A stretch of 64,000 nucleotides of DNA from Diadema antillarum (lineage: Eukaryota): assembly GCF_040938485.1 (NCBI RefSeq), contig NW_027270940.1, positions 992,001 to 1,056,000 on the forward strand, read 5' to 3'. A program made the translations under genes and the position numbers. Under the pieces are notes generated by a model. It did no database searches. It saw only the letters and a list, made by a program, of their open reading frames with translations, and was not told where the DNA came from. Below, in pieces: positions 1 to 13,299 of this stretch. Within the stretch, counting starts at the first letter, position 1. Each line of letters opens with the position of its first letter.

Positions 1-622
1 CCGAAAAAAAGGCAGGAAAAAAAATGTTCCTTAACTAAATCCGTTCGTCCAAAGGTATGCCTTTTGACTATCAAAGGCACGCATGTTAAATGTTATTAGT
101 CACAACAAAATGTTAGCCAAATCATTGGGTGCATAAATTATCATTATACAAAGAGAGGGGTTAAAGTTGAACAACTGTTGTTTCTGGGCTTTGGTGGCAT
201 TGAGCAGTAAGGGCCGTCTGTTTTCTTAATTATGTTTAAAATTGCATTCAGACATATTGTCTCATGAAAAATAGCAAAATAGAAAGGACGAAATTGAGTC
301 TAAGTTTACAATGGATTTCTTTTTTAATTTTTTATTTTGAATAATGAAAGTAGACCAACATAATATCTCATTGTCTTTTTCTAATATTTCATTACATTCA
401 CTTACATTTTTTTTTACAGGAGTGTTACTGAGAACTTCTCAACATTGTATAAACATACTTCATGAAATATTTTTTTCTCACCAACTCAGAAGCAATCTTA
501 TCAAATAGGTTTTCTTCAACTGTTTTAGATACATCAAACCATCTGAGGTATAGCCCATTCATCAAAGAGTAATATTTTCGTCTATACTTTATTGAAACAT
601 CTGTACATCGAATTCAATAATT

Positions 623-3600
623 GAAGACCTGAATATAAGAACGACCCAAGTCCAATTTTTGGCCAAATTCAGTTTGACATGGGAAATTGTAGCTTATGCA
701 TGGACTCATCTTGTGTGTAAATGATAAATCCTAATTACCCCCGGAAGTGCCTGAAATGAATGAGTTAAGTCTTATATTAATGTAAGAATGAAGGCCTTGG
801 GTCATTCTTACATTCATATTATAGCGCAACCTCTCATCCTTCTCTCATCTCTACAGCAGAATATCATGTATATGAATCAAAGAACGACCCAAGTCCACCA
901 CACAAAATGGCCTCTCCACAATTAATGTAAATGTTAATTGTCATGATAATATATGTTCTAATTTGTATATACAATGTTGGGCTATTCCACGGTTACTCAC
1001 GTTACACTTGGAGAAACCTTCACTCATTCCTGGAGCTGTAACTCCCTTATTACAGATATGAACCAAACAACTTTTCATCACAAGAAAGTATACAGTCTGA
1101 CTATCCTTTGTATAAAAACAAAACGTGAGAAATTTCGATATGCTCCTGGCAAAACTTTAAAATGTGTCGGTTACTCACGTTACACGATTTGGACATGCAT
1201 AAAATGAAAAGTCGACAAAAGTGAAAAGTGTCCTCATACCAAGCCTTTATGAAAGTTAATTATATCCATTTCAAAGAAGTACAGTAGGGAGACAAACTTT
1301 GAATATAGTATGAAAAATAACGAATGCATGGTTTTTTCTTGGGGTGCAGATAAGGTGGTTACTCACGTTACGGTTACTCACGTTACATTTTGTCCATGTA
1401 TGGTCCTCAATATAAACGTCACAAAAAAATTAATAATGTGTGTAGCATTCAAGTTTCTTTTTCGAAATAATGTGTGTAGGATATCAGAGACCAGTTTATG
1501 TTTAAAGATAACATTCTGAGTAGGTTTCCTTTTCTCTTTTACTAAATTGGACAGTATGCTATTTATGTATTTACTATACTGTATGAGATCTGGCATGGGC
1601 TTTGCAAATGAAAAAAACTCGAAAACAAATGCATTCAATTTGATTTCTTGCCTCAGCATCAATTAAAAAAAGAACAGCAGTAAGTATAAAAAAATAGACA
1701 AACATAATTAAATACTCTTCAGATTGGCTATACAATAGACCCTAGACATAGACTCAAAATCCAAATCAAATGTTCACATTGAGCTCTCCTTTCTTGATAT
1801 TGTCCATGTCATTTAACCTGCATTTTGACTATACTATCCAGCTGATATGTGTTTGTATTGAAAGTTAAAGTGTCAACAATTATTGTCAATATTGATAGCT
1901 GGTGTATCTACAGTAGTTTTTTTTTTTTCATTAAACATCTTCTATTTCATGTAAAAGATTACAAGGGTTGGGCCATTTCCAATACATCCCAACTTGCTCC
2001 ATTTAGTGTACAATATACTTGATCATGTAGTTATTCTCTTGGCCAACAGCAATTATTTTTATGTACTTCTCCAGGATACATTCTTCTGTCTTACTCCACT
2101 GTATACCAGTCTCTAATAGATAGATGGGTTCTCTTGTGCCTCCTCTGACTCTGGTTAAACTTGACTTGCTGCATCCGCAGAAATCAGGAATTTTGAGATC
2201 TCCTCAGCTTTTGAAAAAATAGATACGATTTATGCTTGTGATTCCTGGAATGGGCTGTGTGGCTTCATATATGATACCAATATGAAGAAAATTTCTAGCC
2301 TTCATCTCAGCTTGTGACAGGACTGCCACTGTTACACCCTACATGCCCTTAACTGAAGCAACAAATGTAGTAGCATCACACATATTAGCTTTTCTGATCC
2401 TTACAACCTGTACTTTACCCCACATTTGATGTTTCACAAATATACCTATCCTCTACTAGTCACTGGCCATGGGATGTGTCTAAAAAGTTCCACTAAATCT
2501 AGAGTTTATCTATGCAGTGTGTACAGTGATGCTGCAATGTTTCTGTTTTTTAATTATGATGCTGGGCCATCTGACCAGAGAAATCCTTTTTCACATGATC
2601 TGGTAAGCCATCCAGCACAGTTTCCTTTTCTGTGGGCAAGATTGTCTGATGTGTTGACGTGGGAGTGCTGAAACCCAGAATGCCACACTGCCACTGTAAA
2701 AAAGACTAACCTGCCTTTGATTCCAGTAGGTACTCTGGATCTTATCTTGAGCAACACAGGTGTAATTTTGCTGAAATGAACCTAAATGAGGGCTTCTTTA
2801 GGAAAATTATTGTTGGTTGTCTGGTTGCATGCCTGGTCCTCATATGCCTGGTGACGCTTGTTATGTTGGAGGAACTGAGGCACCAAACTACAGTATGTTG
2901 TAATCGACTTGGTCATTTGTGGTGCTCTCCTCAACAGCTTTCATTTATCGTTGTCTTCTGTGCAGTTTTCCAAATGTACTGCTGGGTACCAGCACTGTCA
3001 GAGTTCATGATTCTTATGAATCTCCACCATCCTTGCACAAATTGCACTCATTCATCCAGCATGCTCACTTCCGTGTAGGTTAACTATGTACACATGAATC
3101 TCTAGATCTCTGGGAGCTCATGCAGAATGGGACATGGTGATGATACTTTGTGAAGAGCACTAATTTCCATGATGAAGTTCTCGTGATATTTACGTATCTT
3201 AAAAACAAACACTGTGGGGAAGCTTGTTTGAAAGTTGGACATGATCGAGACAAAGTTCAGTAAATTTTACTTGTACTTTCCCACTTTGACATCTGGGAAC
3301 ACCTTGTAGAAAAGAGCATGCGTTTCCAAAATTGAGAATGCCATGTACCAAGCTCATATTTATTGATTTATTTGTTTATTTTTAATGAGGAAAGAGTCAT
3401 ATCAGAGAGGGGCACTCTCATTTCACTTTTAATCAACCAAAAATAACTTCAAAGCTTAACACCTGACTTAAAATTTGCCATCCCACAGTAAATGTTACCT
3501 AAATTCATAATTTTTGCTGGTTACTCACGTTACAAAATGGTTACTCACGTTACAAGGTTACTCACGTTACAGTTTTTCTTCATCATTTTTATAAAGATCA

Positions 3601-4222
3601 GTATTTTGTTGTGATTTTGAAAGTCATCACCTTGTCAAAGTTTGTTTGAAGGAAGAGAATTTCAAATCCCACCAATTTAATGTGAAGAATTGTTCTCTTA
3701 GAAAACAAAGTCAGTTTTTTTGGTTACTCACGTTACATCGCCTTAGTGGGTTACAATATTTATTTTTGAACGAGTTCTACAAATTTACTTGAAAAGCTGT
3801 TGTGTATTTTAGGTAATTTGAGTCTTCTAAAATTCAGAAATGAATAAACTGGTATGATGTTGCAATAATGAAATGGTAATATGTCATATTCCATTTTTCA
3901 CTATTTTTCTTGTATTTTGGTACAGAATGGAAGTCACAACTTTCAACCATTTTTTCACAAAGTAAACATATGAAAATTAACTTTTTTATTTTTGGTTCCT
4001 GAAAATATCATGTATGAAGGACTAAAAATGAAAATAACACTGAAAAATATTGAATTTGAATTTTTGAGCTCATGTCCACCAACCTGTGGAATAGCCCTGT
4101 TGCCTTCCCATCACAGTTAAATAGAATATTATTGGACAAATAAGAAAGATATGAAGTTTTTTTTTTTAGTTTACTCGAAATGGTCTTCCATGGACTTGGG
4201 TCGTTCTTATATTCATATACTC
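623..4222 (+). mobile_element. Non-autonomous TIR element (MITE, about 480 bp) with AATT flanks, split by a 3.1-kb insertion
   Basis: AATT at 619-622 and 4223-4226; imperfect TIRs around GAATATAAGAACGACCCAAGTCCA / TGGACTTGGGTCGTTCTTATATTC; 623-978 plus 4098-4222 match the reverse complement of 17438-17916. Confidence 0.85.
979..4097 (-). mobile_element. Decayed DDE DNA transposon, Sola2-like
   Basis: Perfect 12-bp TIR GGGCTATTCCAC (979-990 / 4086-4097) and 4-bp TSD TGTT (975-978 / 4098-4101). Minus-strand transposase remnants at about 2100-3350, with stops and frameshifts: ETHALFYKVFPDVKVGK, ACWMNECNLC, NYTCVAQDKIQSTYWNQRQVSL, SDNLAH, WSDGPAS, TSHG. GRG termini, 4-bp TSD and these motifs fit Sola2 as I recall the family. 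Confidence 0.78.
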
Positions 4223-5067
4223 AATTAGGTCCTCAAAGGTTTTTACAATATTACCACAAACTCTTGAATCACCTATGATACATAGTTCTCAAACAATTCA
4301 GGGTAGAAAAAAATGGCTCGTGTTTCAGACTAATTTCTTTGTTCCACCATAATTATTGAATCTTGTAAGTAAAAATTAGATATACCGATATCTTTGTGAA
4401 TGCTGTCTCTACAAATGTGCAAAACCTTGGGAGTTTCTACCAACTGGGAACTGCATGATTCATTCAAAACACTTCATGGAGCATTTGCCTTCAACAAAAC
4501 TATTTATCTGCACAAAAAAAAATCTCACTGTCATGTAATTTTCAATACACGTCCAAGTGCTAGAGTATAAGGGGTCAAAAAATTAACAACCCAATTCATT
4601 TTCTCAGACTGAGCATTCACTACAGGGTCTACGATGCGCAGACGACCATCGTTATAGCCATGAAACATCAGAGGTCACTTTACTCTATCGTTCCCTCCTT
4701 TATATACCAAAAAAAAAAAAAAGAACTATTTAATCGTTTAAAAATCGCCGGGACATGTCAAGGCATAAAGCAAAGAAAAGCAGAAAAAAAAGTTGAGGTA
4801 GGCGTAGTAATTTCAAGACTGCAATTTTCCATATAAGAGATAGACTCTTTGGACGCCAACAATTTAGTAGGGCCCTACATGTTCTATATGTGTCAACTTT
4901 AGCACATAATTCAATTCGTATAAAGATTTCGTATTCAAACCAAAATGATCCCTAAGGCTTTAAATGAAATAGATTTCCATTGTAGACCATGTGCAGAAAT
5001 GCAGATCGCTTCAAAGAGCCAGTGGACAGATTGATATTTAATACAACCTGAAAATTCAACAAATTCA

Positions 5068-5600
5068 GTCCGGTATCGAATAAGTTCTGAAAAGACATAA
5101 TGACACTTTTTTTTTCTTCAAATCAATATCTTCGACAAGTATTCCTTTAATGTGAGTCTTGCTCAAGTTAGATATTTCCAATGTTTCTATAGCTAAGATA
5201 AAGAGTAAATGGAAAATAGGAGAACCTTGAAAGATGCATCTTGAAAGAAGAGTATAGCTATCTATGGTAAAATACCCATTGGTAACAACCAAGGAGGTAT
5301 ACCTCCTTGGTAACAACACATGTTATCCTTTCATTATGAAAGGTATACTATCTATTGAGAAGAATTGTCACCAAAATTATGCTCCTCAAAAATATGAAAA
5401 ATAATGAATGATCAACCCTATCCAAAGCTTTCTCAAAGTCTAAGGCACAGTGGAGCCAGGAATGTGCATAACTTCAGAGTATACAATGACATCCACCAGA
5501 TATTTCTGTTTGCGCTAATATTTCTTCCAGCCATAAAACATTACTGATCATCTTGAACAATTTTACGCATCTTATTTTATGTAACGTGGTATGGATGAAC
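5068..5600 (-). mobile_element. Degenerate L1/Tx1-clade LINE reverse transcriptase fragment
   Basis: Minus-strand remnants FMAGRNIS, LDFEKALDRVDH, VVTNGYF, FQGSPIFHLLFILAIETL, HIKGILV: RT motifs of the L1/Tx1 type with many lesions. Confidence 0.7.
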
Positions 5601-5766
5601 GTGAATTATCAAGTTACAGAGATAGTACATTGACATCTTATCTTGTATGATATCGAATCTTTATATTCTTAGGTTACAACGTTATTAACGACTTCTCATT
5701 GAATCCGGTAACGCGTATAGTATGTGACGAACGAAAAATTATACGCATCAAGTGTAACAACGCCAG

Positions 5767-5903
5767 GGTCAAAGTTCATGTGGGATTCCCCGCTGCCTCA
5801 ATACGGCTATTCACGATCAGAATGCAATTTCAGTGCCGAATGGTAAAGCCCACCATTGACAGACCACGACGCAATAGGGTTCCAATACAAGATGGCGTCA
5901 GTG
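5767..5903 (+). repeat. Dispersed repeat copy 1 ending in TTCCAATACAAGATGGCG
   Basis: Collinear similarity by eye to 43690-43826. Confidence 0.7.
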
Positions 5904-6095
5904 TCTCTGCCTAAAACCGCGAGTGAATTTTTCTTAAAGATTGATGCACCCATCAACATACAGTATTCATCAATGTGTAGTTTGAAATGTACAGTGCTCT
6001 TTCTGTGTCAAATCCTGTCTAAAAAAATAATAGTACAAATATAAAAAAATAATTCCCTTCAATGCGTTTTATATCAGTGGACTTAATATTTAACA

Positions 6096-6145
6096 TGTGT
6101 GCGTGTGTGTGTGTGTGTGTGAAAGAGAGAGAGAGAGAGAGAGAG

Positions 6146-6179
<34 letters not shown>
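6096..6179. repeat. Compound microsatellite (TG)n(GA)n(TG)n
   Basis: Directly visible. Confidence 0.95.
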
Positions 6180-6181
<2 letters not shown>

Positions 6182-9100
6182 TCACGTTTATTCACCAACC
6201 TGACATGTAGGCCCTCTAATGATCATTGATGTTTTTCTGATGATATTGCTGGTTGCACTGTGTGGTTGTACACGTATTTATGAACACCGTTTGAACAGTG
6301 GTATTATTTTGAAGCTGACAAAGCTACAGTGATATGAGCTCAGGTTCATTGAATAATCTTAATGATTTATACATACCTTCTGCAGCGGTGCTACATATCA
6401 CACTAGCAGTCAATGTTAGTAGCACAACGAGGTCGTATCTTCTATCCATTGCAGGTAGTCAATGACTGAGGCAACATATAAAACAGAGTGAATTATACGT
6501 TTTGATTGTAATTATGTTCCAGAAGTCTGTCGAAGAATCGGCGTAAATACAGCTTTCATGAAGGGTATGATGTTCATTGGCACGTTACTCCTCATGTAAT
6601 CTACGCTTTTGAGACAAACGAGAGGGTGGGAAGTGTTCCACCCTGAGACGCAGCCGTTTGCGATTGTTGATGTCTCCTTGTTTCTCATATTCTGTACAAC
6701 ATGTCGATGGGGATCTCTCTATCGCGTCGCCGAGATCATTTAACGCAGCCGGTGAGCGAGGTGTGGTGCGAGGTGTAGTCTCAATTGGAAACCTTTTCAA
6801 ATTGGCACAGGCGGTCATGTCTCCACGTACAACCGCACTGGCACCGTTCGTAATTTATGTGCGGCTATGAATCGCTATATGGCCACAGACTTATCAATCC
6901 ATTTCACAGACAAGCTGCAAGACTTTCTGCAAGGACGATGTACCATTTCCTTTTTATCGAGAAAAGTTTATACCAGCGAACAAATTCCCGTTGTGCACAT
7001 TAACATAGTATGCCATAACGCATTGTAATGGGACACGCTCGCTCGCGGACATGTACCTTTGTGCATTTTGTGCCTTTGTGTTTAGCAATCTGCACATACA
7101 ATGACATACAGTACTGTCAGTGTGACCAGAGATAATATACATGTATTAATTTCTAGGAACAGCGAAAATTATGCTTATTTGAAAAAAGATCTCAACAGTT
7201 TGTAAGGACTTGGAGAGAACATTATGTCCAATATGTACACTAGAAAGCCGACTATGAAGAAGATTCCCGTTCCGTCATGTCAGCCATATATATGGACGCC
7301 ATTTTTATATCAAAAACAAAAGGGTCTGAAAACCTCAAGCAGACGACAAGGCATCTGCCTTTTATTAGCCTATGAAAGATGCTGCTTTTGGCAGGGATTT
7401 TTTGAACATTATGTTTACTTTGTCCATTGCGAATTTTTGACACGTAAAATGCAGCAAGGGAAAGACAATTTCTTTTAAGCGTAAGTTAGATTAGATTAAA
7501 AGAAATATAATGTCAATTCTAGAGGTATTCATTTATTGTAGTGTTCCTCATGAATAGTATAACTATTATGCAGAACACTGCAGTAAAAGGGATGGTATGG
7601 TTTTGACTGAGATTCGACTTAAGGATCTTAACTTTTTATTTGTAAGGTTTTCTTTTTTTATTTTTTGTAAGATAGCAAGAAACTAATATGAATGAATTAT
7701 GAAAGTGCATTTAATTCTTAAAGTAATTCACAGTCTATTTGATGAAATCGATTGCTGTACTAAAAGTTGTGATAAACGGTGGGACCAACCTTTACTTTTG
7801 GATATCCCAGCCATTTCAAAACAGATTTTCATAAAAACAACAACTTTAAATTCCTCTTATATAAGTTCTTTTCTATTTAATAAGTGCTTTTTTGACAAAA
7901 ATCGGCATTGAGAAACAAAGTAATTCTCAGTAGTAAAAACCGATTTTCCTTAATAAACTTTAATTTCCTATTATAATTGCATTCGCTTTCATAATTCATA
8001 AGTAGTTTCTCATTATCGCACAAACAAAGAAAAATAATAAAATAAACATCTAAAACTGAAACAAAGTTATACCGTTCCTTTAACTTCACTTTATTTTTTT
8101 TTTCTGTTTTCGGGGGTAGAAATGTCAGTGGTAAAAATGTTACGGTTCAAATAACCGGCCCAAAACTTCAATGTGAGAAATGCTAAAAATGAAGAAAAAA
8201 ATCCAAACCTTCCGAATAAAGAAAACTTATTTCATTTTTGGATTAAAAAAGCTTCAGAACAAGAAATTTTCTGGATAGACAAATTGTAAATGAATCATAA
8301 AAATCTCTTGAAAAAAGTGTAGTACTGACAGCTATTGCAGAAACACATAATTGCATTATGTACTTAAAGGTATTGTTTACCATTGAGAGCAGGGATAAAA
8401 AAAAATGTTGGAGTTATCTCATTTCAGCATGTGTGGTTGTATCACAAAACATCCTGCAATTAAAAAAATTGCGCAATAAAAAGCCTAAAATATAAAGAGG
8501 TATCAATGTTTTTGTCAATAAACCATAACTATAGACGATTTATTCTCGAAAAAAAATTCTATCAAAACTTTTGTTTACATTTTCTACATTTACAATGCCA
8601 AGCAGTAATATACAGATTAACATTCCTATACATTAGTTATTTCTATCTCTAACTCACAATTTCGAACCATTTTGAATCACTAAAGTTGAGTGTTTGTTTC
8701 ATCTGCAAATGGTAGATAATGTGTTTAATAGATCACTTTAATCATAGCCATAACTTTTAAATCTCTTTGTTAATGAAATCAGATAAGGCCATTCGTAAAT
8801 CCCCATATCCCCGTATTTGCACATCTTGATCCTCTCATTCTGAGTGTCGATCCTAGAGAACGGTTTTGTTGTTGTTATTGTTGTTGTTGTTGTTGTTCTT
8901 TTGTGACGAGGAAAGGACTGTCATCTCAACAAAAATCTTTATATTCATTTTATTGTGACTGCAACATGAAGTACTTATATCATGAGAAAGGAAAAAAAAT
9001 GATTTGATGTAGTTTGTATCTAAATGATTTATTGAATTTGTTTGAAAATCGTGATAGTTGGTGGAAAATCTATTTTCACTTAATTCTGTGTTTGTATCTT

Positions 9101-9204
9101 TCGAATCGCCCTATGTTATAGTCTTGGGGAAAAACGTAAATGATTTGTGAAGTAATTTATCTTTGCTTGTAACGAATAACATCGATTTAGAATTAAGAAT
9201 TGAT

Positions 9205-9420
9205 GTCATTAGTGTGGGAACTAAGTCATAAAGGAGCTAAGGCTCTGGATTCGTATACAAAAAGGTCTTGGGTTTTGAATCCTCCCCTCTGCGTTAATAC
9301 TTGGACAGGATATTTGCCGTCAATGTTTGTGTATAGGCATATTTCACAATAATGGCATGCAGAGTTCTCCGGGAACAACAATGCCAACACTGAAGGCACA
9401 ACACTGCATAAAATAAGACC
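9205..9420 (+). mobile_element. Possible old tRNA-derived SINE remnant
   Basis: B-box-like GGGTTTTGAATCC followed by CTTGGACAGGATATTT; highly decayed, A box unclear. Confidence 0.3.
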
Positions 9421-10569
9421 AGATGTACATATAATGTAGATATAGTATTATGTTGAAATGCAAAACAGATCAAATATTATGAATGCATGATTTCAATATT
9501 TCTCTTTATGGTTGAAGGGAACTTATTGGACCATAATTGCTGGAGTTTGTGCGTGTGTGTGAGTGTATCCGTCATATTTTACCGTTATACCGAGCAGAAT
9601 GATAATGCGGTAAGTAGTGGATTAATGTTACTTCATCAGATTGTCCGAAACGACTTTTTTTACATACCTCTTGGACTTTTGCTGAATATTTGAAAGAGAA
9701 GAAGAGAGATAGAGAGACAGAGAAAGGAAAGAGTGCACTATGATAGAAAAAAAACATTCGTTGACAACTGTTTACAGCATGTGTTTTAGAAAAAGAAGTT
9801 GAAGCATTGGAGAAGAAAACTTTACAAAACAGGAAGTAAAAAAATAACTTTTTCTCAGTTTCAGTTGTCGCAGCAACATCCAGAGCATTGAATAAAACCA
9901 TCCGATTGCCGATTGTAAAATTAATCACATGTAATTACGTAGAAATGGTGCGATATTTTAATGATATGACCTTTCAATTTCGTACCTCTGAAAAACAGAT
10001 TCATTACCGGAGAGATTTAAAAAATATATGAACGTAATACTATAATGATAACAAAAAGGTATGCTTCATTTGATCTCTAGGAGTTTAAACAAAAATCATG
10101 GTGGCATGAAATAGTTCTCTGTGAACTTAATTTGAAATGTTCTGTGTTTGACTTAAGTAAGCCACGGATATGTGATAAGACGCTTTTATTATTTGAAATG
10201 GATGATACACTTTTAAACATATTGACAGACATGACAGAAAAGCTTGAGGGGTTGCTCTCTTAGTTAATGACTTATTTGATGTTAAAGTCCAAAAAGATAT
10301 GATTTAGATTCATCCAAATCATATTAAATGATGTTAAAAATATTGTTGTTGGTAAAAAATAGAGACACTCTCACGAATCATTTAATGAACAAATATTTTC
10401 AAAAAAAAAAATCATGTGAACATACTCCCTATAAGGGCGTGGGGATGGGATATTGTGGTATTCTTATTTGTTGAAATATAATTAAGCCAAATGTTTTTGT
10501 GAGTTGGTTATTCATTCATATCAAATGGTGTATATACGTGATGTATAGAAAGGTTTTAATCTATTTTCA

Positions 10570-10860
10570 AGTACATTCATACTGGAAAAAGCACCATGTC
10601 CCACAGTGTGAACACACTGGGAACACTGTGTGAAATCTCTTCCCATTCTTAAATTCAATCGTTTTTACATTGTGAACTATAAAGTAAATCAACAATTCAG
10701 AGTGGGAACCAGAACACTACCTTGTAAACACTCCGTGAAAACCCGAACCACAGTGTGAAATCATCTTCATACTTTGTTATTATGCGAGTGTTTTTTTTTC
10801 ACATAGCCAACTATGTGAACACATTTGGATTTCACTGTGGGAAACTGTGAAATAGATAGA
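10570..10860. repeat. Fragment related to the CACAGTGTG-rich element at 39340-41989
   Basis: Shares CACAGTGTGAA motifs and CACATAG(C/T)CAACTATGTGAACACA with 41775-41800. Confidence 0.55.
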
Positions 10861-12059
10861 ATTTCAATTTCATCTCGTCGATGGTCGAATGGATGAAAGG
10901 AAATGTTAAAAAAAATGATTGAATGCTTCGCTTTTATGTACAATAAACAGTAAATTCAATACAATTTTTATATGAGAAAGAGAAATTTGTGAAAGGAAGA
11001 AATAGAGAGATGAATTGAATTCAATATCACAGACTGCAAGAACGTAGTAATTATTGTGGTTTTTTACAGATGATTGAATGTAATAAATCTAAAGCATTAG
11101 AAGCCATTAATGACAAACTGTACAAAAGAGGAAAACATTCAACACCCTGGTTACTTCTTAAAAAGGTGATAAGCGTATCAATATTTTATAATCAGGTTAT
11201 TGCTCTTGATATTAGACATTGTTAAAACGAAAAATGAATAAAGTAAGACACCTCAGATACTTGATGCGATTTTCGCTGTTTCTTCCATTCTCTATTTTAT
11301 TATTTCACAGTATTGAATCTATTTCTCATACATCACGATTAAACCAATCAATACTATGCATAATTGGACAGAAATATTACATCTCAATTCAAAACGTGAG
11401 AATGTGTGCTTCTACAGAAATAAAAGCAATAATTGGAAAGAGCAAGCAGACAGCACAAGGTTATATATCAGGAAATGTTGGAACTAGGGCTTATGTTCCA
11501 TTACGAAAGGAATGCGAATGTGACGGACCAACTTAAAGCAATATTTTTCAGTACTAGTCAGTTCTTTAGGTTGAATACGTTGGAAAGAATGCAAACTAAG
11601 AAGCAAATTTAGCCATGAGAATAAAGATATTACATTTCAGCTGATAATGAACAACAACAACACCCCCCCCCCCCAAAAAAAAAAAAAAACAGAAAGAAGG
11701 AAGAAAGGTAAAACTTCATTTTTATAAGTACCTTTTTTCACACTCGGGGTTGAGGAAAGGAATATTAAAAAGAATATTAAAAAGTGTTGTTGAAAACCAG
11801 TCTCTCTTTATTTTACTTCACAGTTGACTGGTAGAAACTAGATTGCCTTCAAACAATTTGAATATCTTACAATTTGAATATCTTACGGTGTGAAATTATT
11901 AAAACAAATTCTTTCTACGTATAATGATATAGAACCCCCCCCCCCAAAAAAAAAAAAAAAAAAATCTGCCTCCATTGCTTTGTAGATTGCTCAGCTCTCG
12001 TAACCATACTAAAATAGTGCCTACCGAGCAGCTGTTGTGTGTCCGAACATGACATTAAT

Positions 12060-12560
12060 CGGAAGGCATTTTCTTGTTCTAGAATATCATCTGCTTAATA
12101 TTCCAGGCCCATTTGATGACGGCCTTGTGTCTATTGATCATCATTTCGTTGTTCAGGTCCGTCTTCTATGACGGTCCCTCTCAGGTGTACTTATTCATCA
12201 TGTACTTCATTATTTTCTACATGCAGCAAGCCCGAGGTTATACATCTCAAAAATTAATGTCCTGGAATTTAATAACCAAGCACTATGTTGCGTTGACGTT
12301 GGTTGACGTTGCTGTTATCAGCCTTCCTCAGTCATTTCTCTTTTAGTTTTGGGCTCTATCAACCGACTCTGCTATGAAGACGTGAAGGTATACACCTGCT
12401 GCAAATCTCAGATTATTTATGTTCTGTCCTCCAACAGAAGGTGCTTCGTTATGCATGTTTATCATTGTAATTAATCTGACATCCATGTACAGTTTGGAGA
12501 TATTTCGGCAGTCTACTTGCAATGCTTAGCTCTTGCCATACTGTGATAAAGAGAAAGCAG
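12060..12560 (-). mobile_element. Degenerate RTE-clade LINE RT fragment
   Basis: Minus-strand SVGGQNINNLRFAA (RTE-type I-N-N-L-R-Y-A-D-D motif) with downstream KYL..TV.EDG-like remnants. Confidence 0.55.
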
Positions 12561-13138
12561 TACGATAACATTCTTCTCTTCACAAATTAGCGAAACACAT
12601 CGTCAAACGTAGTACGCATGAGCAACGTGTTAGCGGTGAGTCCCAATAACGATCCTCGTGGTAAGGCCTGTGCAAACAGGTAGAAGAGAAAAAAAAATGA
12701 AAAGAAATAAATGTCACATAAGAAATGGTTACTTTTGACCCACCCCCCCCCCCGACACACACACACACACACACACATACACGCAAACGCACACTTGTGG
12801 TCATTCTTTACTCCTATTCGCGTTCCTGCTTTTTCGGAAGAGGGTATATTCATCGTGGCCACCTCCCTGGTTTATCTCAGGTGCTCAATTTTGGGGGATA
12901 TGTTTCGGATTTTTTTTTTGTACTTATCATGTAAAGAGTTCATTCCAGCATTGCAATTCTGCGAACTTCTTGGTTTTTTTTTTCTGCACTTCAAGTACAT
13001 GGGATGCAATTGCCTTGATTTCGGAAACATGCCTAAACTGCTATCGCTGTGTCTGGCGCTGTACTTTTACAATCAATAATTTAGTGATGACGTGTATCTC
13101 TGAGTCAAGATCAGGTTCAGGGTCTGAAGCTGGGGGTA

Positions 13139-13299
13139 AGGCAAGCCGTTTTAACATTTAATCATATTTCTTGATATCAAGAAGTCGAATTCTTTATTTC
13201 AAGGAATTAATTCTTGACATCAAGAAGTCAAAATCTTGGTATCAAGAAGTCGAATTCTTGATATCAAGAAATAGGAATAAATGTTAAAACGGCTTGCCA
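13139..13299. mobile_element. 161-bp foldback MITE with TA flanks
   Basis: TIR GGCAAGCCGTTTTAACATTTA / TAAATGTTAAAACGGCTTGCC; internal palindromic TTCTTGATATCAAGAA repeats; TA at 13137-13138 and 13300-13301. Confidence 0.8.

Noticed and set aside
9205-9330. tRNA gene
   Set aside because: Only a B-box-like motif is present and no cloverleaf can be formed; at best a decayed SINE head.
12580-13079. Cluster of overlapping ORFs with CVCV/THTH runs
   Set aside because: Produced by poly-C and (CA)n tracts.
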